From an uncultured Gammaproteobacteria bacterium (GTDB lineage: Bacteria > Patescibacteriota > Microgenomatia > Levybacterales > UBA12049): a stretch of 64,000 bases of DNA. Below, piece by piece: positions 9,332 through 19,290 of the stretch. Position 1 is the first letter of the stretch. Each line of letters starts with the position of its first letter. The position numbers and the translations under genes are program-made. Under the pieces are notes generated by a model. That model was given only the letters and a program-made list of their open reading frames with translations, made no database searches and had not been told where the DNA came from. The DNA is taken from contig CAZWXQ010000001.1 in assembly GCA_964637955.1 (NCBI GenBank), positions 292,849-356,848 on the forward strand, read 5' to 3'.

Positions 9332-9420
9332 ACAGAGTCTTCGTTAACGCTGTATTGTTAAGATAATCAAATGACTGCTGGCTTAATTAATTTAAGCTAA
9401 TTAGGAAGAGGTGATTTATT

Positions 9421-9693
9421 TTGACTAAAAAAGATTTAATAGTGCACGTTTCAAAAAAGGCAAACCTGACCAATAAAGCTTCAGCGGAAGCTGTTCAGGC
9501 AATGCTAAATGGAATTAGAGATTCTTTAAAAAGAGGAGAAAAAGTCGTAATAACAGGATTTGGTACTTTTTCAGTAAGAAAGCGTTCTGAAAGGCCAGGT
9601 AGAAATCCAAAAACAGGAGAGAAGATTACGCTTCCGGCAAGACGCGCTCCGGGATTTACTCCCGGTAAAACTCTAAAAAAAGCTGTAAGATAA
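9421..9693 (+). CDS. hup: DNA-binding protein HU
   Basis: MTKKDLI, GFGTFSVRKR, GRNPKTGE, FTPGKTLK; TTG start after GAGGTG SD. Confidence 0.95.
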   Translation: MTKKDLIVHVSKKANLTNKASAEAVQAMLNGIRDSLKRGEKVVITGFGTFSVRKRSERPGRNPKTGEKITLPARRAPGFTPGKTLKKAVR

Positions 9694-9809
9694 TTTTTGG
9701 TTGTCATCCCAAGCTCGGTTGGAGATCTAAATTTCTTGACATAAAATCAGGAAGGTTGTTTTTCTTCGCATTAGTTCTTCCCCTAATACTTCTTTGATAT
9801 AATCAGTCT

Positions 9810-10781
9810 ATGGCGATAAAAGTAAAAAATTTAGTTAAAGAATATTCCGTGTATAAAAAAGATTCTGGGATTTCAGGATCTATAAAGTCCGTTTTTTCAA
9901 GAAAGTATGAAATAGTAAATGCAGTTGAAGATATTTCTTTTGAAATAGATGAGGGAGAGCTCATTGGCTTTATAGGACCGAACGGAGCCGGGAAAACTAC
10001 TACGCTTAAATGTCTTTCAGGTCTTTTATATCAAACATCAGGAGAAATTGAAGTTTTAGGATTTACCCCCCAAGAGAGAAATTATAAGTTTTTAAAGCAA
10101 ATCGGATTAATTATGGGCCAGAAAAACCAACTCTGGTGGGATCTTCCAGCAGTTGACAGTTTTGTTTTGCAAAAAGAAATTTATCAAATTTCTGACTCAA
10201 ATTATAAAAGAACTTTATCAGATCTTTTAGACTTACTTGATGGACATGAAATTTATAAAGTTCCTGTAAAAAAACTTTCCCTTGGTCAGAGAATGAAAAT
10301 GGAGATAGTATCAGTACTTCTCCATAATCCAAAAGTGCTCTTTCTTGATGAGCCTACTATTGGATTAGATGTCGTGATGCAAAAGTCTCTCCGAGAATTT
10401 CTAAGAGAATATAATAAAAAATATAATTCCACGATTCTTTTAACCAGTCATTATATGAAAGATGTGGAAGAATTATGTAAAAGAGTAATAGTGATAAATC
10501 ATGGGAAAATTCTTTATGATGGTGATTTGTCAGATTTAATTAAAAAATATGCACCGTATAAAAACATAGGAATTACCTTTAATGACGATGTCGATCCGAA
10601 AGCTTTTAAAGATTTTGGAGAAGTTGATGATTACGAGAATCAAAAACTTAAGCTTCTTGTTAACAGAGATAAAGCAAGCGAAGCGGTTTCGAAGATTTTG
10701 TCAAAATATGATGTTGAAGATATAAATATTGAAGACCCCGAGATAGAAGATGTTATTAGGAAAGTTTTTGGTGATAAATAA
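9810..10781 (+). CDS. ABC exporter ATP-binding protein
   Basis: GPNGAGKTT, LSLGQRMK, LFLDEPTIGLD, LTSH. Confidence 0.95.
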   Translation: MAIKVKNLVKEYSVYKKDSGISGSIKSVFSRKYEIVNAVEDISFEIDEGELIGFIGPNGAGKTTTLKCLSGLLYQTSGEIEVLGFTPQERNYKFLKQIGLIMGQKNQLWWDLPAVDSFVLQKEIYQISDSNYKRTLSDLLDLLDGHEIYKVPVKKLSLGQRMKMEIVSVLLHNPKVLFLDEPTIGLDVVMQKSLREFLREYNKKYNSTILLTSHYMKDVEELCKRVIVINHGKILYDGDLSDLIKKYAPYKNIGITFNDDVDPKAFKDFGEVDDYENQKLKLLVNRDKASEAVSKILSKYDVEDINIEDPEIEDVIRKVFGDK

Positions 10782-10849
10782 ATCTTCTTTAAAAATCAAC
10801 ACAGGCTTTGATGATTAATTAGATTTTAATATTAAGTAAAGACTTATAT

Positions 10850-11644
10850 ATGAAAAAATATATAATTGCTGCAAAAAATACTTGGGATGAGGCATTAAGT
10901 TACAGATTTAATTTTTTAATTTGGAGGCTTCGAAATGTAATACTTCTTTTATCTACTTATTTTCTTTGGTTGGCTGTAATTCCTGTAGGCACAAATGTGT
11001 TTGGTTATGATCAATCTTCTATGATCACCTATATTCTTTTAACTGCAATCGTAAGAGCTGTAGTAACTTCAAATAGAAGTTATGCAATTGGGCAGGAGAT
11101 AAACGAAGGAAATTTATCGAATTTTTTACTTCAGCCCATTAATTATTTTGCATATTGGTTTTCGAAAGATATCGGTGATAAGCTTATGAACCTCGTTTTT
11201 TCAATAGCTGAACTTGCTATAATTTTTGTACTTCTAAAACCTCCAATCTACATCCAAACAAGCCCAGAATATATTTTATTTTTCATCATTTCAATAATAC
11301 TTGCTGTTATTTTGTATTTCTTCATTAATATCTTATTGGGACTTATTGGTTTTTGGAGCCCCGACGTTTGGGCTCCAAGATTTATTTTTTGGATAGCTGT
11401 AGGATTTTTTGCAGGCGAATATTTTCCTTTAGATATTTTACCATCAGCTATTTATGATGTTTTTAAAATTCTTCCATTTTCATATTTAATTTATTTCCCT
11501 ATTAAAGTATATTTGGGACAATTTACATACACGGAAATTTTTGTAGGATTCTTAATTACAACAATATGGATTGGAGTATTCGCAATAGTTGTAAACCTTG
11601 TTTGGAAGAAAGGATTGAAATCTTATACAGCTCAAGGTAGATAG
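10850..11644 (+). CDS. ABC-2 family permease (DUF990-like)
   Basis: About 6 TM segments; GNLSNFLLQPINY, FPLDILP; follows the ATPase. Confidence 0.88.
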   Translation: MKKYIIAAKNTWDEALSYRFNFLIWRLRNVILLLSTYFLWLAVIPVGTNVFGYDQSSMITYILLTAIVRAVVTSNRSYAIGQEINEGNLSNFLLQPINYFAYWFSKDIGDKLMNLVFSIAELAIIFVLLKPPIYIQTSPEYILFFIISIILAVILYFFINILLGLIGFWSPDVWAPRFIFWIAVGFFAGEYFPLDILPSAIYDVFKILPFSYLIYFPIKVYLGQFTYTEIFVGFLITTIWIGVFAIVVNLVWKKGLKSYTAQGR

Positions 11645-11686
11645 TTCAATTAGCGAAGTATATTTGAGACTGATAAGAATAAAATT

Positions 11687-12469
11687 ATGAAAAGATATTT
11701 GAAGCTTTGGTACATGTATAGTTTATATTCAACTCAGATTGGACTTCAGTCTAGATTTGGCGCTGTTCTTTTTTTAGTTGGGAAGTTTATGAGATTTGGA
11801 ATTTTTTTGTTTTTTATTTTTCTTCTTTCATCAACTGTTAAAGAAATTTCTGGATACACTTTCTGGGAGATGATGTTAATTTTTGCTACATTTAATTTAA
11901 TCGATGTCTCATCTCAATTATTTTTTCGAGAAGTTTATAGATTTAGAAATTATGTTATAGATGGCAGTGTTGATTATTTTCTAGTCCGTCCAATGAAGCC
12001 ACTTTTTAGATTTTTATTTGGAGGAGCTGATATTTTTGACGTTCCACTTTTTATAATCTCAATTTTGTTAGTCATTTTGAGTTTGGTTAAGATTGGAGAT
12101 GTGAATTTTGTTGGTTTAATCTCTTATGTTGTCTTGATTTTAAACGGATTTATGATTGCTTTGTCCTTTCATGTTTTAGTTCTGACAATAGGTATACTTT
12201 CAACGGGCGTTGATAATGCTCTGTGGCTTTATGGAGATATAACAGAAATGGGAAAAATTCCGATAAATTTATATAAAAAACCATTAAGTTCTATTCTAAC
12301 TTTTGTAATTCCCGTAGGAATAATGATTACTTTTCCTGCCCAAGCTGCTTTCGGAGAGCTTTTACCTCAACTTATTTTGATTTCTTTTATGATAGGTTTT
12401 GGGCTTTTAGCTTTTTCAGCAATTTCTTGGAGATTTGCCTTGAGAAAATACGCTAGTGCCAGTAGCTAA
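11687..12469 (+). CDS. ABC-2 family permease (DUF990-like)
   Basis: GSVDYFLVRP, PINLY, ends RKYASASS; multiple TMs. Confidence 0.88.
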   Translation: MKRYLKLWYMYSLYSTQIGLQSRFGAVLFLVGKFMRFGIFLFFIFLLSSTVKEISGYTFWEMMLIFATFNLIDVSSQLFFREVYRFRNYVIDGSVDYFLVRPMKPLFRFLFGGADIFDVPLFIISILLVILSLVKIGDVNFVGLISYVVLILNGFMIALSFHVLVLTIGILSTGVDNALWLYGDITEMGKIPINLYKKPLSSILTFVIPVGIMITFPAQAAFGELLPQLILISFMIGFGLLAFSAISWRFALRKYASASS

Positions 12470-12504
12470 ATTTACTACTATAAGATATTATGGTATAATT
12501 ATCA

Positions 12505-12856
12505 TGCTGGGAAGAAGATCTACTACTGGCTCGCATTCGCGATCCTAGAGGAAAGTCCAGACAGCATAGGAAAAGGATTGGGGCGTAAGCCCCGACTAGA
12601 AATAGCTGGTACTTAAATCCTTATCTTACTAAAAGGGATTTAAAGCAGGTTTTGAATTAACAAAACCTGAGAGCAACAGAGACGAGTAAGAGTGAAACGG
12701 GCAATCCTACCTGCTGCAACCTTTGAAAGACACATTTGAGTTTTCCTAACGAGTGTCGATAAAGGGCATCTCGATTAAATTGAGATAAGATGACTATCGT
12801 CATTTTTAAGAAAGATTGTAGATTGAAACAGAATCTGGCTTATTATCTTCCCAGCA
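12505..12856 (+). ncRNA. rnpB: RNase P RNA
   Basis: P1 TGCTGGGAAGA/TCTTCCCAGCA, CR-I GAGGAAAGTCC, CR-II GCAACAGAGA, CR-III GTGAAACGG, CR-V AACAGAATCTGGCTTA; TGGTATAAT promoter just upstream. Confidence 0.95.
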
Positions 12857-12912
12857 CAAAATATCTTTATTTTTTTGCAAATTTGTAGAAATGCTTAAAT
12901 AAAAATCGTTAT

Positions 12913-13069
12913 TGCTATGCACTGCATAACATCTTATACCTATTTTCTGCGCAAAAAGGCACTTCATGCTATGTCGCATAGCATTTTGTACTTATTGTCT
13001 TCGGACAAAAGCACTGATGTTATGTAGAGCATAACATCTTGTATTCGCAATTAACGCAAAGAACATTCT
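12913..13069 (-). repeat. Three degenerate tandem units (54/51/52 nt), each with a TGYTATG-N-CATARCA palindrome; one unit is the helicase 3' end
   Basis: Units begin at 12913, 12967 and 13018; all three read YKMLC on the minus strand. Confidence 0.8.
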
Positions 13070-15878
13070 TGCTACAGTGAAAATCACTTTTTTCAATATC
13101 ATGAATTTTATTAATAAGTTCTTCTTCAAGTGAATCTAAATCTTCTTTTGTGAACTGCATAGTTTTCTTGCTGTTACTTTCCAGGAAATGCAGAGATAGA
13201 GTAATATCTTCTGGCTTTCTATTTAGTAGAGGATCTTTAATTTTTGTGGCGGCAAGAGCATAAATCGCAAGTTGAAGTCTATGAGCAGAGTCAGCTTTTG
13301 GATTATCTTGGCCGGTTTTATAGTCTATGATTTCAATTCCATCCTGTGTTTTATCAATCCTGTCAATTTTTCCAAAAACTTTTACCCCGTTTTTTAATGC
13401 GAAGTTTATAGGAAGTTCGAGACCAATTGGGGTTACTTCTTTTTTAAATTCTTTTTCAAAATATCTAGTGAGTGCTTTTTTTGCTTCTTCAAATCTTTCT
13501 TCTTCGTGCTTTTTGTTTAAATACCCTTCGTTAATCCATTCCTCATGCAAAAGATTCAGTAAGTATTCTAAATTAAGATTAACATTTTCTTGATGGGCTT
13601 TGTAAAATTTATACAACGCATTGTGAATTGAGATTCCAAAACTTTGGACTGATGAAACTGGAGTGGGAATATTAAAAATCACTTTTGCTTTATAGTGAAG
13701 TGGACAAATATCAAACATTTGTAAATTTGAATAAGTTATATAATCAATTTTAAGGGGTTGTTTCTTTTCTTTTATTTCTTCATGCTCATGGTACGGAGCT
13801 AGAACTTCAGTTAATGATAGTTGTTCTGATCGAATTTGACTTTTTTGTGAAGTTTTTAAATCAGGAGTTGCTTCATAAACAAATGGAGAAATTTTCTTTG
13901 TTCTTTTTCCAGTTCCATAATAATCTGCAGCTGTAAAATAAAGTTTTTCGCGGGCTCTGGTCATTCCTACATAAAAAAGCCTTCTTTCTTCTTCGAGATG
14001 AAAATCAATGTCAGTTGGTAATTTTTCTTTGATAATTCCTTCAGGGAGAGGAATTTTTTCTGATCTTTCTCGAGAAGGAAATCTATCAGAAACGAGATTT
14101 ATTAAAAACACTACTTCAAATTCCAAACCTTTTGATGAGTGAACGGTGAGTATATTTACAGCATCTCTATCTTTCATGTCTACATCAGCAGCAGTTGGAC
14201 TATCTCCCATTTGTAGCATGAGATTTAGCCATTCAGTTACAGTAAAAACATTTGAATCTGGTCTATCAGTTTCAAAATTTTTAATTCTGTCAAAGAACTT
14301 AGCAATATTTTGAACTCTTCTTTCTTCAATTACAGATTCAGCTTTTTGTAAAGATTCAAATAGTCCTGAGTCTGCAATAAAGTAATAAAGAACCTGACCA
14401 GCTGAATCTTTTTTACTTCTCTCAAGGTGTCTTAAAATCATTTCTTTAAATTTTTTAAGTTTTTCTTGAGAGTCTGTTTTTAGAAAAGATTGATCAATTG
14501 AGTCTAGGCTTTGAAAAAGATTAAGATTTTTCTTTTTCGCATAATTAAAAAGATAGATTATTTCTACATATGGAATTTTAAAAATATCCATTGATAAAAC
14601 TCGAAATAGTGAAACTGAGTCGGAAGGATTTGTTAAGAAATTTAAATAAGCAATTAGGTCTTTTATTTCATCCTGATTAAAAAGATATGATGGGCCAAGA
14701 AATTGATATGGGACGCCTCTTCTTTGAAGAGCTTGAGTGATTGGAGCAGCATGATTATTTGCCCTAACTAAAATCGCTATGTCTTTGTAATTATATTTTT
14801 TCTTCGTGATTTTTTGAATGGTTTTAGCAATTTCATCTGCTTCGTCTTCTGATTTAATCTGATGTATTAATTCAATTTTTTCATTATTATCGCTTTTATT
14901 GCTTTTAAGTTTTTTATCAATCTTTTCAACAACTTCAAGTCTATTTGGATTATTATTTTGAATTAGTCTGTAAGATGCATCGAGAATTGCTTGAGTTGAT
15001 CTATAGTTTTGATTAAGAGTAATATTTACAGCCCGAGGGAAGTTCTTTTTAAACTGTAAAACATTTGATACTGCTGCACCCCTAAATCTATAAATAGATT
15101 GATCGTCATCTGCCACAACTGTAATGTTTTTGTCATCACCTGAAAGGAGAATCGCTAGCTCGTTTTGTGCAAAGTTGGTGTCTTGAAATTCATCGACTAA
15201 AACATATTTAAATTGGTTTTGATATCTATTTAAAATTTCTGGTCTTTTTCTAAAGAGTAAAAGTACATTTGAAATGAGATCAGAAAAATCCATGAGAGAA
15301 TATTTTATCTTTAATTCCTCGTAACCTTTATATGCATTTGCTAGTTCCAAATATTGTTTGCTGTCATCTGACTTTTGCTTTAATGCCCATTTTAGATATT
15401 CCGTTGGAGTGATGTCTTCATCTTTTAGTCTGGAAAAATGTGACAGAAGTGCTTCAATAAATTTAGTGGGATTTCCAAGGGGTCTAAAAATATTAAGTCC
15501 TAATTCGAAAATATTTTGCCTTAACAATAATACTGATTCTGAATCAGAAATTTGTTTGTAGTTTGAATCAAGTCCAATTTGGTGAGCTTCGTCTCTCATA
15601 ATTCTGTCGCAGAAAGCATGAAAGGTGTGAATCCAAAGGTTAGTATATCCATAGGGAAGTAAGACATCGATTCTTTCTTGCATTTCAAATGATGCTTTTT
15701 CAGTAAATGTCAAAGCCAATATTTCACTTGGCTTTAACCCTTTTTCTATTACAAGAAATCTTAATCTTTCTGTTATTACTGTGGTTTTTCCAGTTCCTGC
15801 ACCCGCAATTATTAATAGTGGTCCATCTCCAAAATTTATTGCTTTCTTTTGTTCTTCGTTAAGTAGCTTTTCTGACAT
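13020..15878 (-). CDS. UvrD/PcrA-family helicase fused to a C-terminal PD-(D/E)XK nuclease with a 4-Cys Fe-S staple (AdnAB/AddA-like)
   Basis: AGAGTGKT, VDEFQD, QSIYRFRGA, NYRS, TVHSSKGLEF, EERRLFYVGMTRA; GKIDRID..IIDYKTG; ICP...CVNCEYKMLC. Confidence 0.92.
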   Translation of the reverse strand: MSEKLLNEEQKKAINFGDGPLLIIAGAGTGKTTVITERLRFLVIEKGLKPSEILALTFTEKASFEMQERIDVLLPYGYTNLWIHTFHAFCDRIMRDEAHQIGLDSNYKQISDSESVLLLRQNIFELGLNIFRPLGNPTKFIEALLSHFSRLKDEDITPTEYLKWALKQKSDDSKQYLELANAYKGYEELKIKYSLMDFSDLISNVLLLFRKRPEILNRYQNQFKYVLVDEFQDTNFAQNELAILLSGDDKNITVVADDDQSIYRFRGAAVSNVLQFKKNFPRAVNITLNQNYRSTQAILDASYRLIQNNNPNRLEVVEKIDKKLKSNKSDNNEKIELIHQIKSEDEADEIAKTIQKITKKKYNYKDIAILVRANNHAAPITQALQRRGVPYQFLGPSYLFNQDEIKDLIAYLNFLTNPSDSVSLFRVLSMDIFKIPYVEIIYLFNYAKKKNLNLFQSLDSIDQSFLKTDSQEKLKKFKEMILRHLERSKKDSAGQVLYYFIADSGLFESLQKAESVIEERRVQNIAKFFDRIKNFETDRPDSNVFTVTEWLNLMLQMGDSPTAADVDMKDRDAVNILTVHSSKGLEFEVVFLINLVSDRFPSRERSEKIPLPEGIIKEKLPTDIDFHLEEERRLFYVGMTRAREKLYFTAADYYGTGKRTKKISPFVYEATPDLKTSQKSQIRSEQLSLTEVLAPYHEHEEIKEKKQPLKIDYITYSNLQMFDICPLHYKAKVIFNIPTPVSSVQSFGISIHNALYKFYKAHQENVNLNLEYLLNLLHEEWINEGYLNKKHEEERFEEAKKALTRYFEKEFKKEVTPIGLELPINFALKNGVKVFGKIDRIDKTQDGIEIIDYKTGQDNPKADSAHRLQLAIYALAATKIKDPLLNRKPEDITLSLHFLESNSKKTMQFTKEDLDSLEEELINKIHDIEKSDFHCSKNVLCVNCEYKMLCST

Positions 15879-15933
15879 TAGATTTGTAGATATTAACTCT
15901 AGCACGTATTGTTGTTATAATCAACGAAGTTAT

Positions 15934-16659
15934 ATGGGAAAAGCAGTAAAATTCGAATTGGAATTTATTAAAAAACAAAAAGAATCAAAAGACACATATT
16001 CTTTTTATTTTAAAAGACCAAATGAATTTGATTTTTTTTCAGGTCAATACGTAAAGTTGTTTTTAGATATTCTTAATCCTGATTCTCGTGGATCTTCAAG
16101 ATATTTTACAATCTCATCAAGTCCGGAAGAAAAAAAATATTTAATCATAACTACAAGAATTATTAAGAGTTCATTTAAATTAAAATTAAATCGTTTGAAG
16201 TCTGGAGAAAAAATCATGGCATTTGGACCTGTCGGATATTTTGATTTTTATCCTGAAAAACAAAAAAATTTAGTTTTTATTGCAGGTGGAATTGGAGTTA
16301 CGCCGTTTCATAGTATTCTAAAAACACTTGAGTTTAAGAAATCTAAAATAAATATTATATTGTTTAATTCTTTTGATTATAAACAGAATGTTGTTTTTTA
16401 TAGAGATCTTAAGAAAATTGAGAATGAAAATTTGAATATTAAATTAATTTATACATTAACTAAAGATGCGAATAATTATTTGGAGTTTGAAAAAGGAAGA
16501 ATTGATGAATCGCTAATTAAGAAATATATTGATGATTTGCATGAATATCATTATTTCATTACAGGTTCCGAGAATTTTGTAAATGATATATTTGAAATGT
16601 TAAGAAAAATTGGAGTACTGGAGGAAAAAATATTTAAAGAAGATTTTCCTGGTTATTAG
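15934..16659 (+). CDS. Ferredoxin-NADP reductase-family FAD/NAD(P)-binding oxidoreductase
   Basis: FFSGQY, RYFTISSSP, GPVG, FIAGGIGVTPF, EDFPGY; start at MGKAV. Confidence 0.88.
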   Translation: MGKAVKFELEFIKKQKESKDTYSFYFKRPNEFDFFSGQYVKLFLDILNPDSRGSSRYFTISSSPEEKKYLIITTRIIKSSFKLKLNRLKSGEKIMAFGPVGYFDFYPEKQKNLVFIAGGIGVTPFHSILKTLEFKKSKINIILFNSFDYKQNVVFYRDLKKIENENLNIKLIYTLTKDANNYLEFEKGRIDESLIKKYIDDLHEYHYFITGSENFVNDIFEMLRKIGVLEEKIFKEDFPGY

Positions 16660-17668
16660 TTGCTAATTTTTCTAAATCTCCACCAATTTCATTTGATTTA
16701 TCCAGTTTTTTTCCAATTTTTTGAAATGATGTAACGACATTATTAAATTGCGAAGAAGAGTTTGTGATATGGCGCCCAAGAATTCCTAAGTTTTCATTTA
16801 CTTTATCATAATCCACTTTAAGTCCTCGAATCATTGCAAATATTTCCCTGGATTTTGTCTCAATTTTCTTTCCTTCGAATGATAATAGAATTACTTGAAG
16901 GTGAGCATAAAGTGTAGTAGGTGAAACAGCATAAATTCTTTTCCTTCTCGCATAATCTAGTATGTCGGGATTATCTGCAATTTCATAATAAACAGGCTCA
17001 CTTGGAATATACATAAGGCAAAAATCCATTGTTCCTTCATCTGGCAAAATATATTTTCTAGAAATATCATCTATGTGTTTTTTAACATCTCTAACAAATT
17101 CTTTTTTAAATGCGTCTTTTTCTGTAGCATTTTCTGCTTTTACCATTTTTTGAAAATTTTCCATCGGGAATTTAGAATCTATTGGTAAAATACCTGCATC
17201 AGTTTTTATAGCAGCATCCACTCTTTCACCATTTGAGAATTGATACTGAAGATTAAAACTATTTTTTGGAAAAGTTTGAGAAATTAGATCTTTTAATACT
17301 TCCTCTCCTATATTTCCTCGCAATTTTGGGCTTTTTAGAAAATCTTGAAGTTCTCGCATATTTCTTCCAATCTCTGACATTTCGCCAATCTCTTTATTTA
17401 CTTGACCAATTACTTCAGCAGCACGTGTCAGTCGGTCATTAATCTGTTTATTATTTTCTTGGAGCGTTTTGGTAAGATCTGCTGAATTTGCTCTCATCGA
17501 TTCATTCAAGCTTTTATTTGTTGCATCAATTGATCCCTGCATACTCTTAAGCCATTCAATGAGCGCTTTATCTGATTGAGGATTATTTTGTTTGCGACTT
17601 AGAAGAAAATATAAAGCTATGAAGCCAATACTTATTGCAGCTAAAACAATGAGCAGTTCGTTTTGCAT
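16634..17668 (-). CDS. rmuC: DNA recombination protein RmuC
   Basis: N-terminal TM, coiled coil, RGNIGE, PIDSKFP, KYILPDEGT.DF..MYIPSE, SPTTL. Confidence 0.92.
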   Translation of the reverse strand: MQNELLIVLAAISIGFIALYFLLSRKQNNPQSDKALIEWLKSMQGSIDATNKSLNESMRANSADLTKTLQENNKQINDRLTRAAEVIGQVNKEIGEMSEIGRNMRELQDFLKSPKLRGNIGEEVLKDLISQTFPKNSFNLQYQFSNGERVDAAIKTDAGILPIDSKFPMENFQKMVKAENATEKDAFKKEFVRDVKKHIDDISRKYILPDEGTMDFCLMYIPSEPVYYEIADNPDILDYARRKRIYAVSPTTLYAHLQVILLSFEGKKIETKSREIFAMIRGLKVDYDKVNENLGILGRHITNSSSQFNNVVTSFQKIGKKLDKSNEIGGDLEKLATNNQENLL

Positions 17669-17719
17669 ATTTAGTATTATATTTTATCATGTATGCGCAA
17701 GTGTAATTTTCTACTGAAA

Positions 17720-18805
17720 TTAAAAATAGAGGTTGGGGTCTGCATTTACTTCTAGAAAATCTTGCGTTTTATCATTGAAGAAAGCAGCCGCTCCAATCAT
17801 GGCCCCATTATCAGTGCATAATTTTCTTGATGGAATAAAAAGAGGAATTTCTAAAGATTTTTTTAGCTCATTTTCAAATGTATCTTTTAACTTGGTATTT
17901 GCTGCGACTCCTCCTCCGATAAGTATTGATTTGACGTTATATTTTAGTGCTGCTTTCATTGATTTTCGTACGATAACATCAGCTATTGCTTTTTCAAGAG
18001 ATGCGCAAAGGTCATATAGAATTTGTTTATCAGATTCTTTGAGTTGTTCCTCTAAGACTACTTGTTGCCAGCCAACTTTTGATCCTGGGTTAATTCTAAG
18101 AACTGGAAAGTGCTTATTGGTTTCATTCAGAAAAGATGTTTTTAAACCAGAAAAGGAAAAATCAAAATCACCACTACCAATCATAGGGCGTGGAAACTTA
18201 AATTCATTTTCATTTCCAGACTTTGCTAGTTTTGCAATTTTTGGTCCACCAGGATAGTTGTATCCAAGTAGTCTTGCGCATTTATCGAAACATTCTCCAG
18301 CGGCATCATCACGAGTGCCACCCAGCCATTTTATATCTCCATGTTTTTTTATTATAACTAAGTCAGTATGTGCTCCAGAAATTATTAATCCAAGTGCGGG
18401 AAATTTTATGTCCTCTTGTCCTTCATCAATAAAATTAGCATAAATATGTCCAAGTAAATGATTGGTTGGAATAAGTGGTTTTTTCCAAACATACGAAAGA
18501 GTTTTTGCTGTCTCCACGCCTATTAAAAGTGACCCAATAAGCCCAGGTCCATATGTAACCGCTATCGCGTCCAAATTTTCAATTTTTAATTTACAATTTT
18601 CAATTGCTTGTTTAATGACAGGGATTATAAATTTAATTTGCTCCCTAGCTGCATTTTCAGGTATTATTCCACCAGTTTTTCCATGGAGAGTTAATGAGGA
18701 GGAAATGACGTTTGATAATAGTTTTACCTTGTTTGATTTTGAATCACCTTCAATAATTGCTGCGCTAGTTTCATCGCAGCTTGTTTCGATGCCAAGAATT
18801 AGCAT
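17720..18805 (-). CDS. tsaD: tRNA N6-threonylcarbamoyladenosine synthesis protein
   Basis: ILGIETSCDET, GPGLIGSL, HLLGH, SGAHT, DDAAGECFDK, FSFSGLKT, TDNGAMI. Confidence 0.96.
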   Translation of the reverse strand: MLILGIETSCDETSAAIIEGDSKSNKVKLLSNVISSSLTLHGKTGGIIPENAAREQIKFIIPVIKQAIENCKLKIENLDAIAVTYGPGLIGSLLIGVETAKTLSYVWKKPLIPTNHLLGHIYANFIDEGQEDIKFPALGLIISGAHTDLVIIKKHGDIKWLGGTRDDAAGECFDKCARLLGYNYPGGPKIAKLAKSGNENEFKFPRPMIGSGDFDFSFSGLKTSFLNETNKHFPVLRINPGSKVGWQQVVLEEQLKESDKQILYDLCASLEKAIADVIVRKSMKAALKYNVKSILIGGGVAANTKLKDTFENELKKSLEIPLFIPSRKLCTDNGAMIGAAAFFNDKTQDFLEVNADPNLYF

Positions 18806-18808
18806 ATT

Positions 18809-19288
18809 TTAGAGGTTGTTTATATTAATTGTTGAACCTTCTTTTATATTATATTTTTCTGCAAGTCCGGCATTTATCTCAAGAACCTTGTCTGATTGAG
18901 AAGTTGGTTGATATAGCTGCGGATTATCATTATTGCTTGCTGGTACAGGAGCATTCGAAATAACAGTGGTTACCTTATTTCCATTTATATAAATAATATC
19001 AATTGGAAAATTCATATTTTTCATCCAGAAAGAATAGTAATCAGGTCTATTAAATACAAATAACATACCTTTATTTTCAGCTAATTTTTTTGTTTCAGAT
19101 AGGCCAATTTGTTGCTCTTTGTCTGAGTCTGCAATTTCAACTTTGAAAGTCTCATTATTGATAGATACTTCAGTTTTTTTAACTTTTGAAAATAAAAGTG
19201 AAACAATAAGGATAGTAAAGAAAATTACCACTGTAAGTCCCAATAGAAGTCTGATGTTATCTCTTAAGAAAAATTTTGATCTTTCCAT
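18809..19288 (-). CDS. DUF192 family membrane-anchored protein
   Basis: GMLFVF, FWMKNMNFPIDIIYI, VLEINAG; N-terminal TM. Confidence 0.9.
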   Translation of the reverse strand: MERSKFFLRDNIRLLLGLTVVIFFTILIVSLLFSKVKKTEVSINNETFKVEIADSDKEQQIGLSETKKLAENKGMLFVFNRPDYYSFWMKNMNFPIDIIYINGNKVTTVISNAPVPASNNDNPQLYQPTSQSDKVLEINAGLAEKYNIKEGSTININNL

Positions 19289-19290
19289 AT

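Noticed and set aside
12913-13069. CRISPR mini-array interpretation of the palindromic repeats
   Set aside because: The would-be spacers are homologous to each other, the repeats are short and degenerate, one unit is coding, and no cas genes are present.
15781-15933. Extended 5' ends of the oxidoreductase (15781) and the helicase (15905)
   Set aside because: They create a head-to-head overlap; homology-like sequence begins at 15934 (+) and 15878 (-).
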